The notes beneath the pieces were generated by a model. It searched no databases. It was not told the origin of the DNA and worked only from the letters and a program-made list of their open reading frames with translations. The position numbers and the translations under genes are program-made. Of a stretch of 64,000 nucleotides of DNA, positions 11,993 to 23,596 are shown one piece after another. Origin of the DNA: Prasinococcaceae sp. CCMP 1430 (lineage: Eukaryota; Plantae; Prasinodermophyta); the NCBI GenBank assembly GCA_013416795.1, contig RQSC01000016.1, positions 170,560 to 234,559 of the forward strand, written 5' to 3'. How positions within the stretch are numbered: position 1 is the stretch's first letter; each line of letters opens with the position of its first letter.

Positions 11993-12110
11993 TGCGTGTG
12001 TGTGTGTGTGTGTATGTGCGTGTGTGTGTGTAGGTGTGTGCGTGTGTGTGTAGGTGTGTGTGTACCCTGTGTGTGTGTGTGCGCACGCGTGTGTGTGCGT
12101 CTGTGCCGTG
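11993..12110. repeat. (TG)n-rich tract after a single-N join
   Basis: Degenerate TG repeat seen directly. Confidence 0.9.
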
Positions 12111-12559
12111 CTACGTACGTACCCACCCCTCTCGCAGCTGAGGCGGCTCTCCATGCGCGCGACGTGCGCGCGTGCGCGCGCGCGCGCGGCCCTGCGGCGA
12201 CGGGAAAATGCAAATCGAAATCTCAACCGACGTTTCTCCATGAAATGTATGTGCACGTATCTATCCCACGCGAAGCCGCGGAAGTCAACGACGAAAGATC
12301 TCACCGAATGGAATCCACAATCTGGTGAAAGTGTACATATAAATGGAAAGAATGGATTCCTTAAAACTTAAGGGTTCCAAATCAAAATGACGTGGGTTCC
12401 AGCGGTGAGTGATAAGTCTCCCGTGTGTGGATAATACGTCTGTTAATGATTGGGTATGAATGCCGACGGGCGTGGGCGCGGGCGCGGGCCAGGCGACTTT
12501 TTGGTGTCCGGGACGCCGTCATAGGGTACAAGCGCGCGTGCGAGCGCGCGGCGCTCGGC

Positions 12560-13231
12560 ATGGTGAACCCCAAGGCGGCTGCCAAGAGGGAGCAGCAGGC
12601 TATCCGCGCGCAGGCGAGCGCCATTGTCGCCGAGCGCCGCGCCGAGGATGCCTACTGGAAAGAAGCTGGCGAGGGCGCCATGAGCAAGGCGCAGCAGAAG
12701 CGCGCCGAGGACGACCGCCGCCGCGCCGAGGCGGCCAAGCGCAAGTCCGAGGGCAAGGCGCTCGCCAGCGCCGAGGCTGCCGAGATGGCATCCTACGGCA
12801 AGAAGCAGGGCCAGAAGGCCAAGGCCAAGCAGGGCAAGAAACTCACGGTCGCCGAGCTGATGGCCCGCAAGGCCAAGGAGAAGGCCGAGCGCGAGGCGGA
12901 GGCCGCGCGCAAGAAGGACGAGGTTGGGGTCGACCAGTACGCCGCCATGCTCGACGTGCGCAACTCGAACCGCGACGAGGTGGACGTCGAGGCGAGTGGC
13001 ATCGACGATGCCGTCGCGCAGCTCGTGGCGCTGCAGATGGGCGAGGGCGACGCCCCGGCAAAGGACATGCACCCTGAGAAGCGCGTCAAGGCGGCCTTCA
13101 TGGCGTTCCTCGATGCCGAGCTGCCCGCCCTCAAGGCCTCCAAGCCGGGCTTGAGGGAGAACCAGTACCGCGAGATGGCGTGGAAGGCCTTCCGGAAGTC
13201 GCCCAACAACCCCCTCAACCAGCAGCAGTGA
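12560..13231 (+). CDS. CCDC124: Coiled-coil domain protein 124 (Lso2/CCDC124, ribosome hibernation factor)
   Basis: EDAYWKE in the N-terminal half and C-terminal MHPEKRVKAAF...ELPALKASKPGLRENQY...FRKSPNNPLN. Confidence 0.9.
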   Translation: MVNPKAAAKREQQAIRAQASAIVAERRAEDAYWKEAGEGAMSKAQQKRAEDDRRRAEAAKRKSEGKALASAEAAEMASYGKKQGQKAKAKQGKKLTVAELMARKAKEKAEREAEAARKKDEVGVDQYAAMLDVRNSNRDEVDVEASGIDDAVAQLVALQMGEGDAPAKDMHPEKRVKAAFMAFLDAELPALKASKPGLRENQYREMAWKAFRKSPNNPLNQQQ

Positions 13232-13417
13232 AGGGCGCGGCCCGCGCGTGGGGCGCATGCTCCACCGCCGCCGCGGACGCCTATCGGCGCTTATACATTT
13301 TTTACGACCCTCGCACGCCCGCCTGCCCGCGCACTCGCCTGCCTCGCCCCGCGCGCACCCGCGCATGCTCAGTGCTGGCGCGCACGCGTGCACGGCGTCC
13401 GCCTCGCCTCGCCATCG

Positions 13418-14527
13418 TTACATGCGCGCGCGCATGGCGGCGACCGCGCACGCGGCGGCGGCCTCGTCGAATCCCAGCGCGCGGCACACGTGCGCGGCGA
13501 TGCGCTCCGGCGCCTCCTGCGGCAGGAAGTGCCCAACGCCGTCCACCACGTGAAGTGTCGCGTCGCGCATGCGCGAGATGCAGTGCCGCTCGTAGTACTG
13601 CACCGTGGGAATGCGCTTGAGCAGGTCGAAGTGCCGCGAGGCGCTGCCAACGAGCAGCGCCACCGGACAGACGATCTCGCGTAGGCGCTCCACGACGATT
13701 GGGGGGTGCAAGTAGAAGGGCGCCTCTACCTCGGGCGAGCAGCGCAGCTCGAGGTCGCGCCCGCCGCGAGTCGCCAACTTGGTGGCCGAGTCGGCATAGG
13801 CCTCCACCGCACGCGCGTCCCACGCGGCGTACGGCCGTCCCTTGGCTACGAGGTAGGCGAGCAGCTCCTCGCGGTTGCCCCAGCGGCGCTGACGCGCACG
13901 CGTGGTGGCGTAGAGCAGATTTCGGTCGGCGCAGCGCGACCAAGGCGCCGCAGCAGCCTCCGCGTCGAAGAGCACCGGCTCGAGGAGGACGAGCCGAGTG
14001 AAGAGCCCGCCCACGCCGTCACCCGCGCGTGCGCGCGTGCGTTCCTGGGCGCGCGCATCTGTGTTTGGCGCGCCGTCCGCGCGCCGCGCGGCGTCCATCT
14101 CGGCGATCGCGCATCCCGTGCCGCCCATCGAGTGGCCCACCCCCACTATGGGCACGACGCTTTCGGCGTCGTCGCCCTCCCCCAGCAGCCCCGCATCGCG
14201 CAGCACTTCCCTGATGTTGGCCGGACAGAGGCTGCCAAAGTGCCCATCGGCGTGATCCGCGCCATCTGACCCGCCGTGGCCGCCGAAGTCGAGGCTCAGA
14301 TAGCCCGCAACGGGTGCCCCCGCCGCGAGGAGCGTGTCCACGAACGGCGACCAGCACTCCTTCGTGAGGCCTGCGGCATGCGCGAGCAGCAGCACGGGTG
14401 GCGCGCTATCTCGTCCGGCCGCGGTCGCGTTCTGCTCGCACGCTCGCGCGTGCGCGGCGCCCGCCCGCCAGTGCCACGCGACGCGTCCCCGCGTGCGGCC
14501 GGCGCGCTCGCCGCCGCCGAGCGCTCG
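13418..14527 (-). CDS. Alpha/beta-hydrolase fold protein; 5' end runs into a gap
   Basis: LLAHAAGLTKECW, DFGGHGGS, nucleophile elbow GHSMGG, LVLLEP and catalytic His in GVGHFLPQE. Confidence 0.85.
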   Translation of the reverse strand, partial: RALGGGERAGRTRGRVAWHWRAGAAHARACEQNATAAGRDSAPPVLLLAHAAGLTKECWSPFVDTLLAAGAPVAGYLSLDFGGHGGSDGADHADGHFGSLCPANIREVLRDAGLLGEGDDAESVVPIVGVGHSMGGTGCAIAEMDAARRADGAPNTDARAQERTRARAGDGVGGLFTRLVLLEPVLFDAEAAAAPWSRCADRNLLYATTRARQRRWGNREELLAYLVAKGRPYAAWDARAVEAYADSATKLATRGGRDLELRCSPEVEAPFYLHPPIVVERLREIVCPVALLVGSASRHFDLLKRIPTVQYYERHCISRMRDATLHVVDGVGHFLPQEAPERIAAHVCRALGFDEAAAACAVAAMRARM

Positions 14528-14814
14528 NNNNNNNNNNNNNNNNNNNNNNNNNNNNNNNNNNNNNNNNNNNNNNNNNNNNNNNNNNNNNNNNNNNNNNNNN
14601 NNNNNNNNNNNNNNNNNNNNNNNNNNNNNNNNNNNNNNNNNNNNNNNNNNNNNNNNNNNNNNNNNNNNNNNNNNNNNNNNNNNNNNNNNNNNNNNNNNNN
14701 NNNNNNNNNNNNNNNNNNNNNNNNNNNNNNNNNNNNGCCCTCTCCTGAAGGCCCAGCGCCAGAGTGGCGCCGCGCCCGCAGCCCCAGGCGCCGCGCGCGC
14801 GCGATCCAAAACGC

Positions 14815-14838
14815 TTTTAGGGTTTTATCTTTAGGGTT
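14815..14838. promoter_or_regulatory. Telo-box motifs (TAGGGTTT, TTAGGGTT) in the divergent ABH/Rab18 intergenic region
   Basis: ttttagggtttt...ttagggtt seen directly. Confidence 0.55.
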
Positions 14839-15017
14839 AACTGTGAGTTCAAATTGCCTCCGCGCGGAGGCGTTGCGTTTGTTCTGTGCGGCGCCCGGCG
14901 CAGCTCGTTGTGATGGCATTTTCACAATGGGGCCCTTTTTTTCCGTAGGCTGCGCGGCGCCAGGCGCCACACGCGCGCCGGGGCGCGCCCCCCTTGGATC
15001 GCGCGCGCGCGCGCGCG

Positions 15018-16045
15018 ATGTCGTCCGCGCTGCAGGGCGGCGCGGGGGCGTTCGACCACCTCTTCAAGTTGCTGCTCATCGGCGACTCGGGCGTGGGCAA
15101 GGTGGGGCGCGCGAGCCGCGGGCGCGGCTCGCGCGGGGCGCTCGTGCGGTCTTTATCGTGCGCGCGGCCGGCTGCGAGAGTGCGAGAGAGGGGGGGGGAG
15201 GAGGAAGGCCGCGAGAGCGCGCGGCGGCGCCCGCAGCGCGGCTCGCCGCGAATGTGCGCGCGCAAATGCGCAAACGCGCGCGCCAATCAGTGCGCACCTG
15301 GCGCTCGCACTGACGCGCCGTCGCTCTCGCGGCGCGCGCGCGTGCCCGTGGGTGCGCTCTTCGCACGCGCGCTCCCAGTCGAGCCTGCTGTTGCGCTTCA
15401 CCGCGGACACCTTCGATGACCTATCTCCGACCATCGGCGTGGACTTCAAGCTCAAGACGCTGTCGCTCGACGGCAAGTCGCTCAAGCTCACCGTGTGGGA
15501 CACTGCGGGGCAGGAGCGCTTCCGCACGCTCACGAGCAGCTACTACCGCGGCGCACAGGGCGTCATCCTAGTGTATGACATCACGCGCCGCGACACCTTC
15601 GAGGCGCTGCGAGACGTGTGGCTCAAGGAGGTCCAGATGTACGCCACGTTCAAGGTGCGTGCGCTCGCTCGCGCGGACAAACGTACACGCATGATTCCCC
15701 CCGGGGCGCGCCCGCCCGTTGATGCGCGCGTGTGCTGACCCCTGCGCGGGCGCTGGCTGCACCCGGCCCTCCCCGCAGGAGGCACCAATGATGCTTGTGG
15801 GCTCCAAGGCGGACCTCGACGGCGAACGCGAGGTGTCCGCTGAGGAGGGCGAGGCATTCGCGCGCGAAGTGGGCTGCCTCTTCCTGGAGTGCTCCGCCAA
15901 GACCAGGCTCAACGTGCAGCACTGCTTCGAGGAGCTCGTGCGCAAGATTCTGGAGACGCCCAGCCTCGTGAACGGCGGGGGCGGCGCGGGGGGTGTCAAC
16001 GTGAGCGGCGGCGGCAGCGCCGTTGCCAGCGCGTGCTGCAGCTGA
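15018..16045 (+). CDS. RAB18: Rab18/RabC small GTPase; exons 15018-15101, 15379-15654, 15779-16045
   Basis: GDSGVGK|[43 protein letters not shown] and C-terminal ACCS prenylation site. Confidence 0.93.
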
Positions 16046-16179
16046 GGCATGTCGCGCACCCTGTACCATTGTAACTCCGACACGCACGCGCGCACGCACA
16101 CTCGCGCGCGCGCGCGCGCGTCACGCGTGCCCTGGGGCACAAGAATCACCGAACTGACAGTGGGCGGCGCTGCGGCCGC

Positions 16180-17577
16180 TCACTTGAGCGACAGCAGGAG
16201 CTCTGTGGGCCGCTCGACGAGCTCTTTCCAGCGCGCGGACATCCTCGCCATCGTCGCGCCGTCCACCGCGCGATGATCCGCCGACCAGCTGATGGGCATT
16301 ATCGAGTGGCGCTCCAGCTCGCCGGAAGCACCGTAGCGCGGCGTCGGCGCCACGCGCCCCAGCGCCACGATGGCAACCTCGGGGAGGTTGAGCAGCGGCG
16401 AGGCGTACGTGCCGCCAATGGTGCCCACATTCGACACGGTGATGGTGCCGTCCTTGAGGTCGTTCTCCCCAAGTTTGTTGTCCTTGGCCAGCTGCTGCAG
16501 CCTCGCCAGCTCCCGTGCGACGCCTGCGACCGATTTCGCCTGCACCGCCTTAATGTTGGGGACCACCAGGCCGTTGGGCGTGGCCATGGCCACGCCGACG
16601 TTGTGATCAGCCCGCAGAGTCACCTCGCTGCAGTCGGCGTTGGCGGTCGCGTTGAGCCGGGGGTGCTCGGTGAGCGCAACGCTGAGCGCTTTGATCAGCA
16701 GTGGCAAGTAGGTGAGTTTGGCGCCCTCGAGCGCGCCTGCTCCGACGAGGGCACGGCGGACGTCGCGCAGCGCGTCCATGCGGAGCTCGTCGCAGAAGAG
16801 GAAGTGCGGCACCGCGTTGGCTGCGTCCATTGCCTTCACCATCGCGCGTCCATACCCGCGCACGGGCATGACGACGTCGCTCGCCGCGGGCGGTGCGACT
16901 GCTGGCGCGGCGGTGGCAGGCGCCGCGCCACGCACGGCTGGCGCGAATCGCGCATCCGTGCCGTTGAGGAAGGCCAGGATGTCCTCTTTGACGACGCGAC
17001 CACTCTTGCCGCTGCCCGCGACTGCGCCGAGGTTGATGCCGTGCTCCCGCGCGATGGCGCGCACGGCGGGTGTTGCCAGCGCACCCACGGCTCCTCCTGA
17101 GACCGTGGCAGTGCGTACGGGCGGGATGTCCTCCTCCACGGTGGACGTGGCCCCGGCCGCGGCTGCGGGCGCGGGCGCGGACGAGTCGGCGGGCGCCCCT
17201 ACGCGCATGGCGTCGTCGGGGTCCTCCGCACTGCCCCCCAGGCGTATGTCCACCATGTTGGCGCCAACGGCGATCACATCACCGACAGACCAGTGAAGCT
17301 TCTCGACGACGCCGTCATAACGGCTGGTGATGGAAATGGTGGCCTTGTCGGACTGCACCTCGCACAGCGGCTCGAACTGCTCGATGGCGTCGCCCTCCTT
17401 GACGAACCATCGCACCAGCTCGCACTCGGCGATGCCCTCGCCGGTCTGTGGCAGCGGGAACTGCACGAGTGCGCCCGCGCCCGCCTGGGCGGGCGTGAGC
17501 GGCGCGGCCTCCGCGGCAAAGCTGCGCGAGGGCGCCCAGGAGGCAGCGGCGGCCCGCCTGCCGGTGGCCGCGGCGGC
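16180..17577 (-). CDS. DBT: Branched-chain alpha-keto acid dehydrogenase E2 (dihydrolipoyl transacylase); N-terminus crosses a gap
   Basis: Lipoyl domain GEGIAECELVRW...EVQSDKA, E3-binding ATPAVRAIAREHGINL and catalytic SADHRAVDGA. Confidence 0.95.
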   Translation of the reverse strand, partial: AAAATGRRAAAASWAPSRSFAAEAAPLTPAQAGAGALVQFPLPQTGEGIAECELVRWFVKEGDAIEQFEPLCEVQSDKATISITSRYDGVVEKLHWSVGDVIAVGANMVDIRLGGSAEDPDDAMRVGAPADSSAPAPAAAAGATSTVEEDIPPVRTATVSGGAVGALATPAVRAIAREHGINLGAVAGSGKSGRVVKEDILAFLNGTDARFAPAVRGAAPATAAPAVAPPAASDVVMPVRGYGRAMVKAMDAANAVPHFLFCDELRMDALRDVRRALVGAGALEGAKLTYLPLLIKALSVALTEHPRLNATANADCSEVTLRADHNVGVAMATPNGLVVPNIKAVQAKSVAGVARELARLQQLAKDNKLGENDLKDGTITVSNVGTIGGTYASPLLNLPEVAIVALGRVAPTPRYGASGELERHSIMPISWSADHRAVDGATMARMSARWKELVERPTELLLSLK

Positions 17578-18831
17578 NNNNNNNNNNNNNNNNNNNNNNN
17601 NNNNNNNNNNNNNNNNNNNNNNNNNNNNNNNNNNNNNNNNNNNNNNNNNNNNNNNNNNNNNNNNNNNNNNNNACCCGCCCGCCCACCCCGCCGTCTGCAG
17701 GCGTGCCGGGCCCGCCTGCGCGCGCTGCGCGCGCGCGCGCGCGCGCGTGCCCCTCCCGCCATCAAATCGAAAGGGGCTCAAAAAAGGCGCGCGCTCCCCC
17801 TCCCCCCCCCCTCCCCGATCGAACACTGCCCCCCCTCAAAAAATGAATGCATTTTCATACGAAGGAAGAAGCCTCGGGTCGAATTCGACTGTGAATTGTC
17901 AGTCTCGGAATCGACGCCGAATACGCACCCGTCGACTCGAATCGTCGCTGCCCGCATAAACCCTGACCCTAAACCAAACGCCCGCTTCGTTCCGTTTCCG
18001 TTCGTACGCGTTGCGTCGATCGATCCGCGTTTTCGGATGCGTTTTGACGTGGCGAAACACCACATCACATCACATCACATCGGCAAGGTGGGGGTGAGGG
18101 GAAAAAAGAAAAAAACGCATCTTGAAGCAGCCAACCTCGCACCGCCGTTCGTGCGTGCGTTTTGATGGAGGGGGCGGCCCGGCGGCGCCGCCGGCGTTTT
18201 TCCCGGGCGAGCTCGACGAGCTCGACGAGCACGACGAGCACGACGAGCTGGACGAGCTCGACGGCGGCGGCGCGGCCGCCGTCGCGCGGGCGGGCAGGGG
18301 GGTGGGAGACGACTCGCGGAGGGCGCAGCCGCGTCCCTCCCCCCGCCGAGCTCGCTCCTCGCCACCCCACCCAACCCGCCCCGGCGTGCCGATCGACGGC
18401 GCCGAGCGAGCGGGAATCGCCGAGCGCGCCGACAAAAGCGCGCGACAGGAAGCAGCGCGCGCGCGCCATCGGCAGCCGGAGCCTCCCCCCCGCGGGAGGG
18501 GTTTCCGCGCGCGCGCGCGCCTGGCGTCAGCCGCGCGAGGGCGGACGCGAGGTGAGGGGCGTCGCTCCTCGTCGCGACGGCAGCCGCCTCAGTCATCGGT
18601 GAGCTCCCGATGGCAGGCGGCGGCGACCTTCCCCTTTCCGGCGGTGCGCCGGTGGGGGCGCGCCACGCGCGCTCGGGGAGCGACACGACCTTTGATCGCG
18701 CGCCGAGCGCGGCGGCGCTCGCAGAGGCCGACAGCAGAGGCGGCGAGGGCAGCTCCTCCGGTGGGATCGCCGCTGGTGACGAGAGCAGTGCGGGTGTCCT
18801 CAGGGCCGTGGCGCGCAGAGCTTCGGCGCGG

Positions 18832-21800
18832 ATGGTGCGTACTGTCTGTCGGTGGTTGTTTGCGCCCGCGTGAGCCCTGTGCATGAGATCCCAGCTGCAA
18901 GCTGCAGAGCGGACCTGCACACGCATGCGTTCGTGCAAGCGCCTGTAGAGAGCAGCGCCCATTGCCCTCGGCTGCTACGACGCGCCTCCGCCGCAAGAAT
19001 GCGCACCGCCCTCCATCGGCACTTGCGAAAGTATCTCAGCTGACGCCCAGTGCTACTCGTGCCCACGCGTGCGCGCGCGGCATGCACGCGCCGATCGGCA
19101 CCGCGCTTTCTTGCGCATGTCGGCCGCGCACACGGCGATTGCTGCCTCGCTCGAACGCCTTTATTTGTGCTCACGCTACTCCTGCTGGGCGGTGCAGTCC
19201 GCACCGCCCGCTGCCGCGCGCGGACAGCTCGTGCAAGCGGCGAGCGTGTTGCCTGCGCTCGTACCTGAGTCACCCCCGCCGGAGCATCCGCGCCATGCCG
19301 ACGAAGAAAAAGGCACGGAAGGGGTGGGCGCCAGTGCTGTCTCAGGCGGCGCCGCAGCTGATGCGGCGACCGCCGCCTCTCCCCCAGGCGGTGATGGTGC
19401 GCTCCCATTCGTCGATCCCAACGAGGAGGACGCCGAGGCTTCCGTGCAGCGTGCCGTGTCTGGCACCAGCAGCAGCCTCGAACTCATCGCCGGGAACGGC
19501 GAATGCAGCGCGGGGGGGAGTCTGCCGGCGAAGGAGAAGAAGGCGCGCGCCGGCCTGCTGGCGTGGCTGTTCTGCTGCGGGTGCGGGGCGGGCGCGGGGC
19601 TGTGCGGCCTCTTCCGAAAGCACGAGCCAAAGGCGCGCACGGTCATACTGAACGCCTCCGAGCAGCCGCCCGAGGCCGCGCGAGAGTACGCCTCCAATCG
19701 CGTGGTTTCGTCCAAGTACACGCTGATCTCGTTCATACCCCTCAACCTGTGGCAACAGTACCACCGCGTGTCTAATGTGTACTTCACGTTGGTGGCGGCG
19801 CTCAGCTGGTGGAGGGAGGTGAGCCCGTTCGACCCAGGCGGCTCGACGGTGGCGATCATCTTCATCGTGGTCGTGGGGATGCTCAAGGACGCCGCGGACG
19901 ACTACAAGCGCCACGTTGAGGACAACGCGTTGAACCAACTCAGTTTCACCACGCGGCTGAGGCGAGCACAGAGCGCGCCGGGTGGAGCACCCGTCGGTGC
20001 TGACGGTGGAATCGCTATGGCGTCGACGACCCCGTCGTCAGCCAGCGGCGGCGTGGGTGCAGAGGCGAATGGGGGCGCCGCTGGCGCCAGCGAGGAGATC
20101 GCCGGCGTGGTGCAGGAGCGCGTCGCCTGGCAGGACCTGAAGGTCGGCGACACTGTGCTCGTGCGCGACAACGAGCAGTTTCCCGCCGACATGGTGTGTC
20201 TGCACACTAGCCTCGAAGGCGACGTATGTTTCGTGAAGACCGCCAATCTCGATGGCGAGACCAACCTCAAGCTCCGCTCGGTGGCGCCTGGGGTCAGCAC
20301 GGACAGCGTCGCGCACGCACTCATGCTAGAGGGCGAGGTGACTGCCGAAGCGCCTTCTCCCAACCTGACGTCGATGGAGGGCACCATCCGCATCGAGGGC
20401 TCCGAGAAGGTCGCGCTCTCCATCAACGAGGTGCTCCTGCGCGGGACGACGCTCAAGAATACTGGCAGCGTGGTAGGCTGCGTCGTGTACACTGGGCACG
20501 AGTCGCGCATCGTCATGAACGCGTCGGCTCCGCCATACAAGCGCTCCACGTACGACGCCTTCATCAATTGGCAGATCCTGTACATCTTCGTAGTGCAGAT
20601 ATGCCTGATCCTCGGCTCCGCGGGCGGCTCGCTGGCGTTCCGCCAGGAGAATCGGGAGAGCGCCTGGTACCTGGACTTCGTGAACGACTCGGACGGCGAC
20701 TTTCTCTTCTTTTTCAAGAAGTGCATCACGTTCTTCATCCTTTACAGCTACATGGTGCCGATCTCCTTGGTCGTGACGATGGAAATCGTCAAGGCGCTGC
20801 AAAGTTCGGTCATGATCGATCGCGACCCTCTGATGTACGACGCCGAGACCGACGAGCGCGCGCGCGCGCGCACCACCAGCCTGAACGAGGACCTCGGCGC
20901 CGTGCGGTACGTCTTCAGCGACAAGACGGGCACGCTCACTGCCAACGACATGAACCTGCGCCAGCTTTGCGTGGGTGGCAAGAACTACGGGCGAATGGGG
21001 TTCAAGCTCGAGGACTTTATTGGCGCCGGCGCCCCCGCAGATGGCGCAGACAGCGGCGAGCCAGAGGACGTGGTCTCGGCAGCCGAGAACGGCAACGGGA
21101 ACGAGCGCTACGGCGCGGCAGGCGCGCCGAGGGCCCGTCGGCCGTCGGACATAGCGCGCACCGTCCCCAGGGGACGAGAGGCTGCCGTCGCCGCCCGCCG
21201 CGCCTTCGATCCCGCGCTTGATGTGTCTTCGCCCGACGCGGCAGGAGCACTCACCTGCCTCGCGTTGTGCCAGACGATTCTCGTTACGAGGGACGAGGAC
21301 ACAGGCGGCGTCTCGTATCAGGGCTCCTCACCGGACGAGGTCGCTCTCGTGTGCGCCGCCGCCCGGCTGGGCTTTGCCTACGTGGACCGTTCCGCTACCG
21401 CCCTCACCATGTGCGTGGATGGCGGCAAGAACGTCACGTACGAGACCGAGGTGGTCCTCGAGTTCTCAAGCGAACGCCGGCGCATGGCGGTGCTCGTGAA
21501 GGAAAACGACACCGCGGACAGCCACGTGACGCTGTACATCAAGGGCGCGGACTCGGCAATCATGCCCCGGCTGCGAGCGCCGCGCAACATGCGCGAACGC
21601 GAAGTACTGGCGGAGACGGAGCGGCTGCTCGAGGAGTACTCCCTCGAGGGCCTGCGCACGCTCGTGCTCGCGCGGCGCGAGATCCCCCTTGCCGACTTCC
21701 GCGAATGGGAGGCGCGCTACGCAAGCGCGTCGCAACTTACGGAGGGGCGCCGCGAAGCGATGGAGGCACTGGCAGAGGAGGTCGAGCAGCACCTCGAACT

Positions 21801-23493
21801 CCTCGGTGCGACAGCCATCGAAGACAGGCTGCAAGATCGTGTCCCCGAAACGCTCGGCAAGCTGCGCGACGCGGGCGTGCACGTGTGGGTTATCACCGGT
21901 GACAAGCAGCAGACAGCGATCAACATCGCGCGCTCCGCTGGGCTCTTCACTGGCGACCCGCGCGACATCCTCAAGCTCAACGCGCGCTCGGATGAGGAGC
22001 TCGCGGAGGTGATGCGCGACGTCGAGATGTCCGTGTTCAAGTCATCGGAGGGCAGTGCAGCCTCCCAACCGAACGGGGCACGGGCGCGGCGGCGCGCCCT
22101 CACTGCGGGAGACTACCTGCTACCTTGGCGCTGGTTCCGCAGCAGGAAGGAAGCGCCTGGCGCGCAAACCCTCGAGCCCCCCTCCGCGCGCAACATGCGC
22201 GTGTTCGCCAGCCCCGACAGCATCTACAAGCACCAGGCGGAGATGGCAAGCGCCCAGCTGGTGGTCGATGGTGGCACCCTCGACCTGATCCTCGATGACG
22301 TCACGCTGGAGGCGCGGCTCGCGTCGCTCGCGCAGCGCTGCACAGCCGTGGTCGTTTGCCGCGCGAGCCCGATACAGAAGGCTCGCGTAGTCCGCATGAT
22401 GAAGGGCAAGAGCAAGGCGGTGACGCTGTCCATCGGCGACGGGGCCAACGATGTGCCTATGATACAGGAGGCACACATCGGCGTGGGAATATTTGGCAAG
22501 GAGGGCCGCCAGTCGGTCAACAACAGCGACTACGCCATCGGCCAGTTCCGCTTCCTGCAGGATCTGATGCTCGTCCACGGCCAGCAAGACAGACAGCGGC
22601 TTGCGCGCCTCATCAAGTACAGCTTCTTCAAGAATTTGGCGTTTGCATTCATGATGTTTTTCACGCAGATATACGTGGGCTGGTCGGGGCAGAGCCCCGC
22701 CAACGCCACGCCCGCCGCGCTGTTCAACGTCGTCTTTACGGCGCTGCCCATCGGCGTCCTCGCTGTGATGGACTTTGGATTGCGGCGCTCGACACTGCTG
22801 CGCTTCCCGCAGCTGTACCTCAGCCACCGTTCGCTCACGCGCGGCGTCTTCTGGAAGTCGCTATTGGAGGGCGTCGGCTTCGGCGCGGTGGCCTTCTTCG
22901 TCCCGTTTTGGCTGTTCAGCTTCGACGCGGGGCGCAACAATATCAATGACTTCGAGAGCTGCGGGAACCTCGCGTACACGATCGTGCTCACCATTGTGAC
23001 GCTCGACCTCTGCCTCGTCGTCAGGAGCTGGAGCGTCCTCTTCACTTTCACGATCTTCGCGTGCTACTTCGTCTGGTATCCCTTCTACAACGTCTACCCC
23101 TCGCTGTACACCGAAACCAAAGGCTTCACGGCCGAGGGCAGCGCCGCACACTCGTTCGCGGACGTGCGTTGGTGGCTCGCTGTGGCACTCTCGGCGATGT
23201 TCACCACCACATATCGCCTCTGTTGGCTCACGCAGCGTGTGCTCTTCCGGCCGCGCGACGAGGACATCGTCCGCGAGTGGGAGCTGCTGCAGAGCAAGAT
23301 CAACTGGCAGAGAGAGCGAGAAGAGCGGGTGAAGGCGCGGGGCGGCGGAGGGAGCACGACGTCATCAGCGCGGTCCCCCGACTCGCCCCAGGAGAGCTGG
23401 GCGGGCGGCGCCAGAGAGGAGCAGGGTAATGGTGACCTCAGAATGGGTGGCTCCATCCAGATGGCACACGTGTCGTCGGATCGGGCGTATTAA
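18832..23493 (+). CDS. P4-type ATPase phospholipid flippase (ALA-like); main exon 19198-23493, possible ATG-ending exon at 18832-18834
   Basis: DGET, PISL in TM4, DKTGTLT phosphorylation site, GDKQQTA, GDGANDV and C-terminal TM helices. The 5' structure is inferred. Confidence 0.95.
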
Positions 23494-23596
23494 GCGAAGG
23501 CCGAGGAGGGCGAGTGGCGGTCGACGAAAGTGGTCGCCGCGAGCGTGACGATGCGCCCACCACGCAAGCCGCGGTATGATCGTGTCCTTTACTTGA

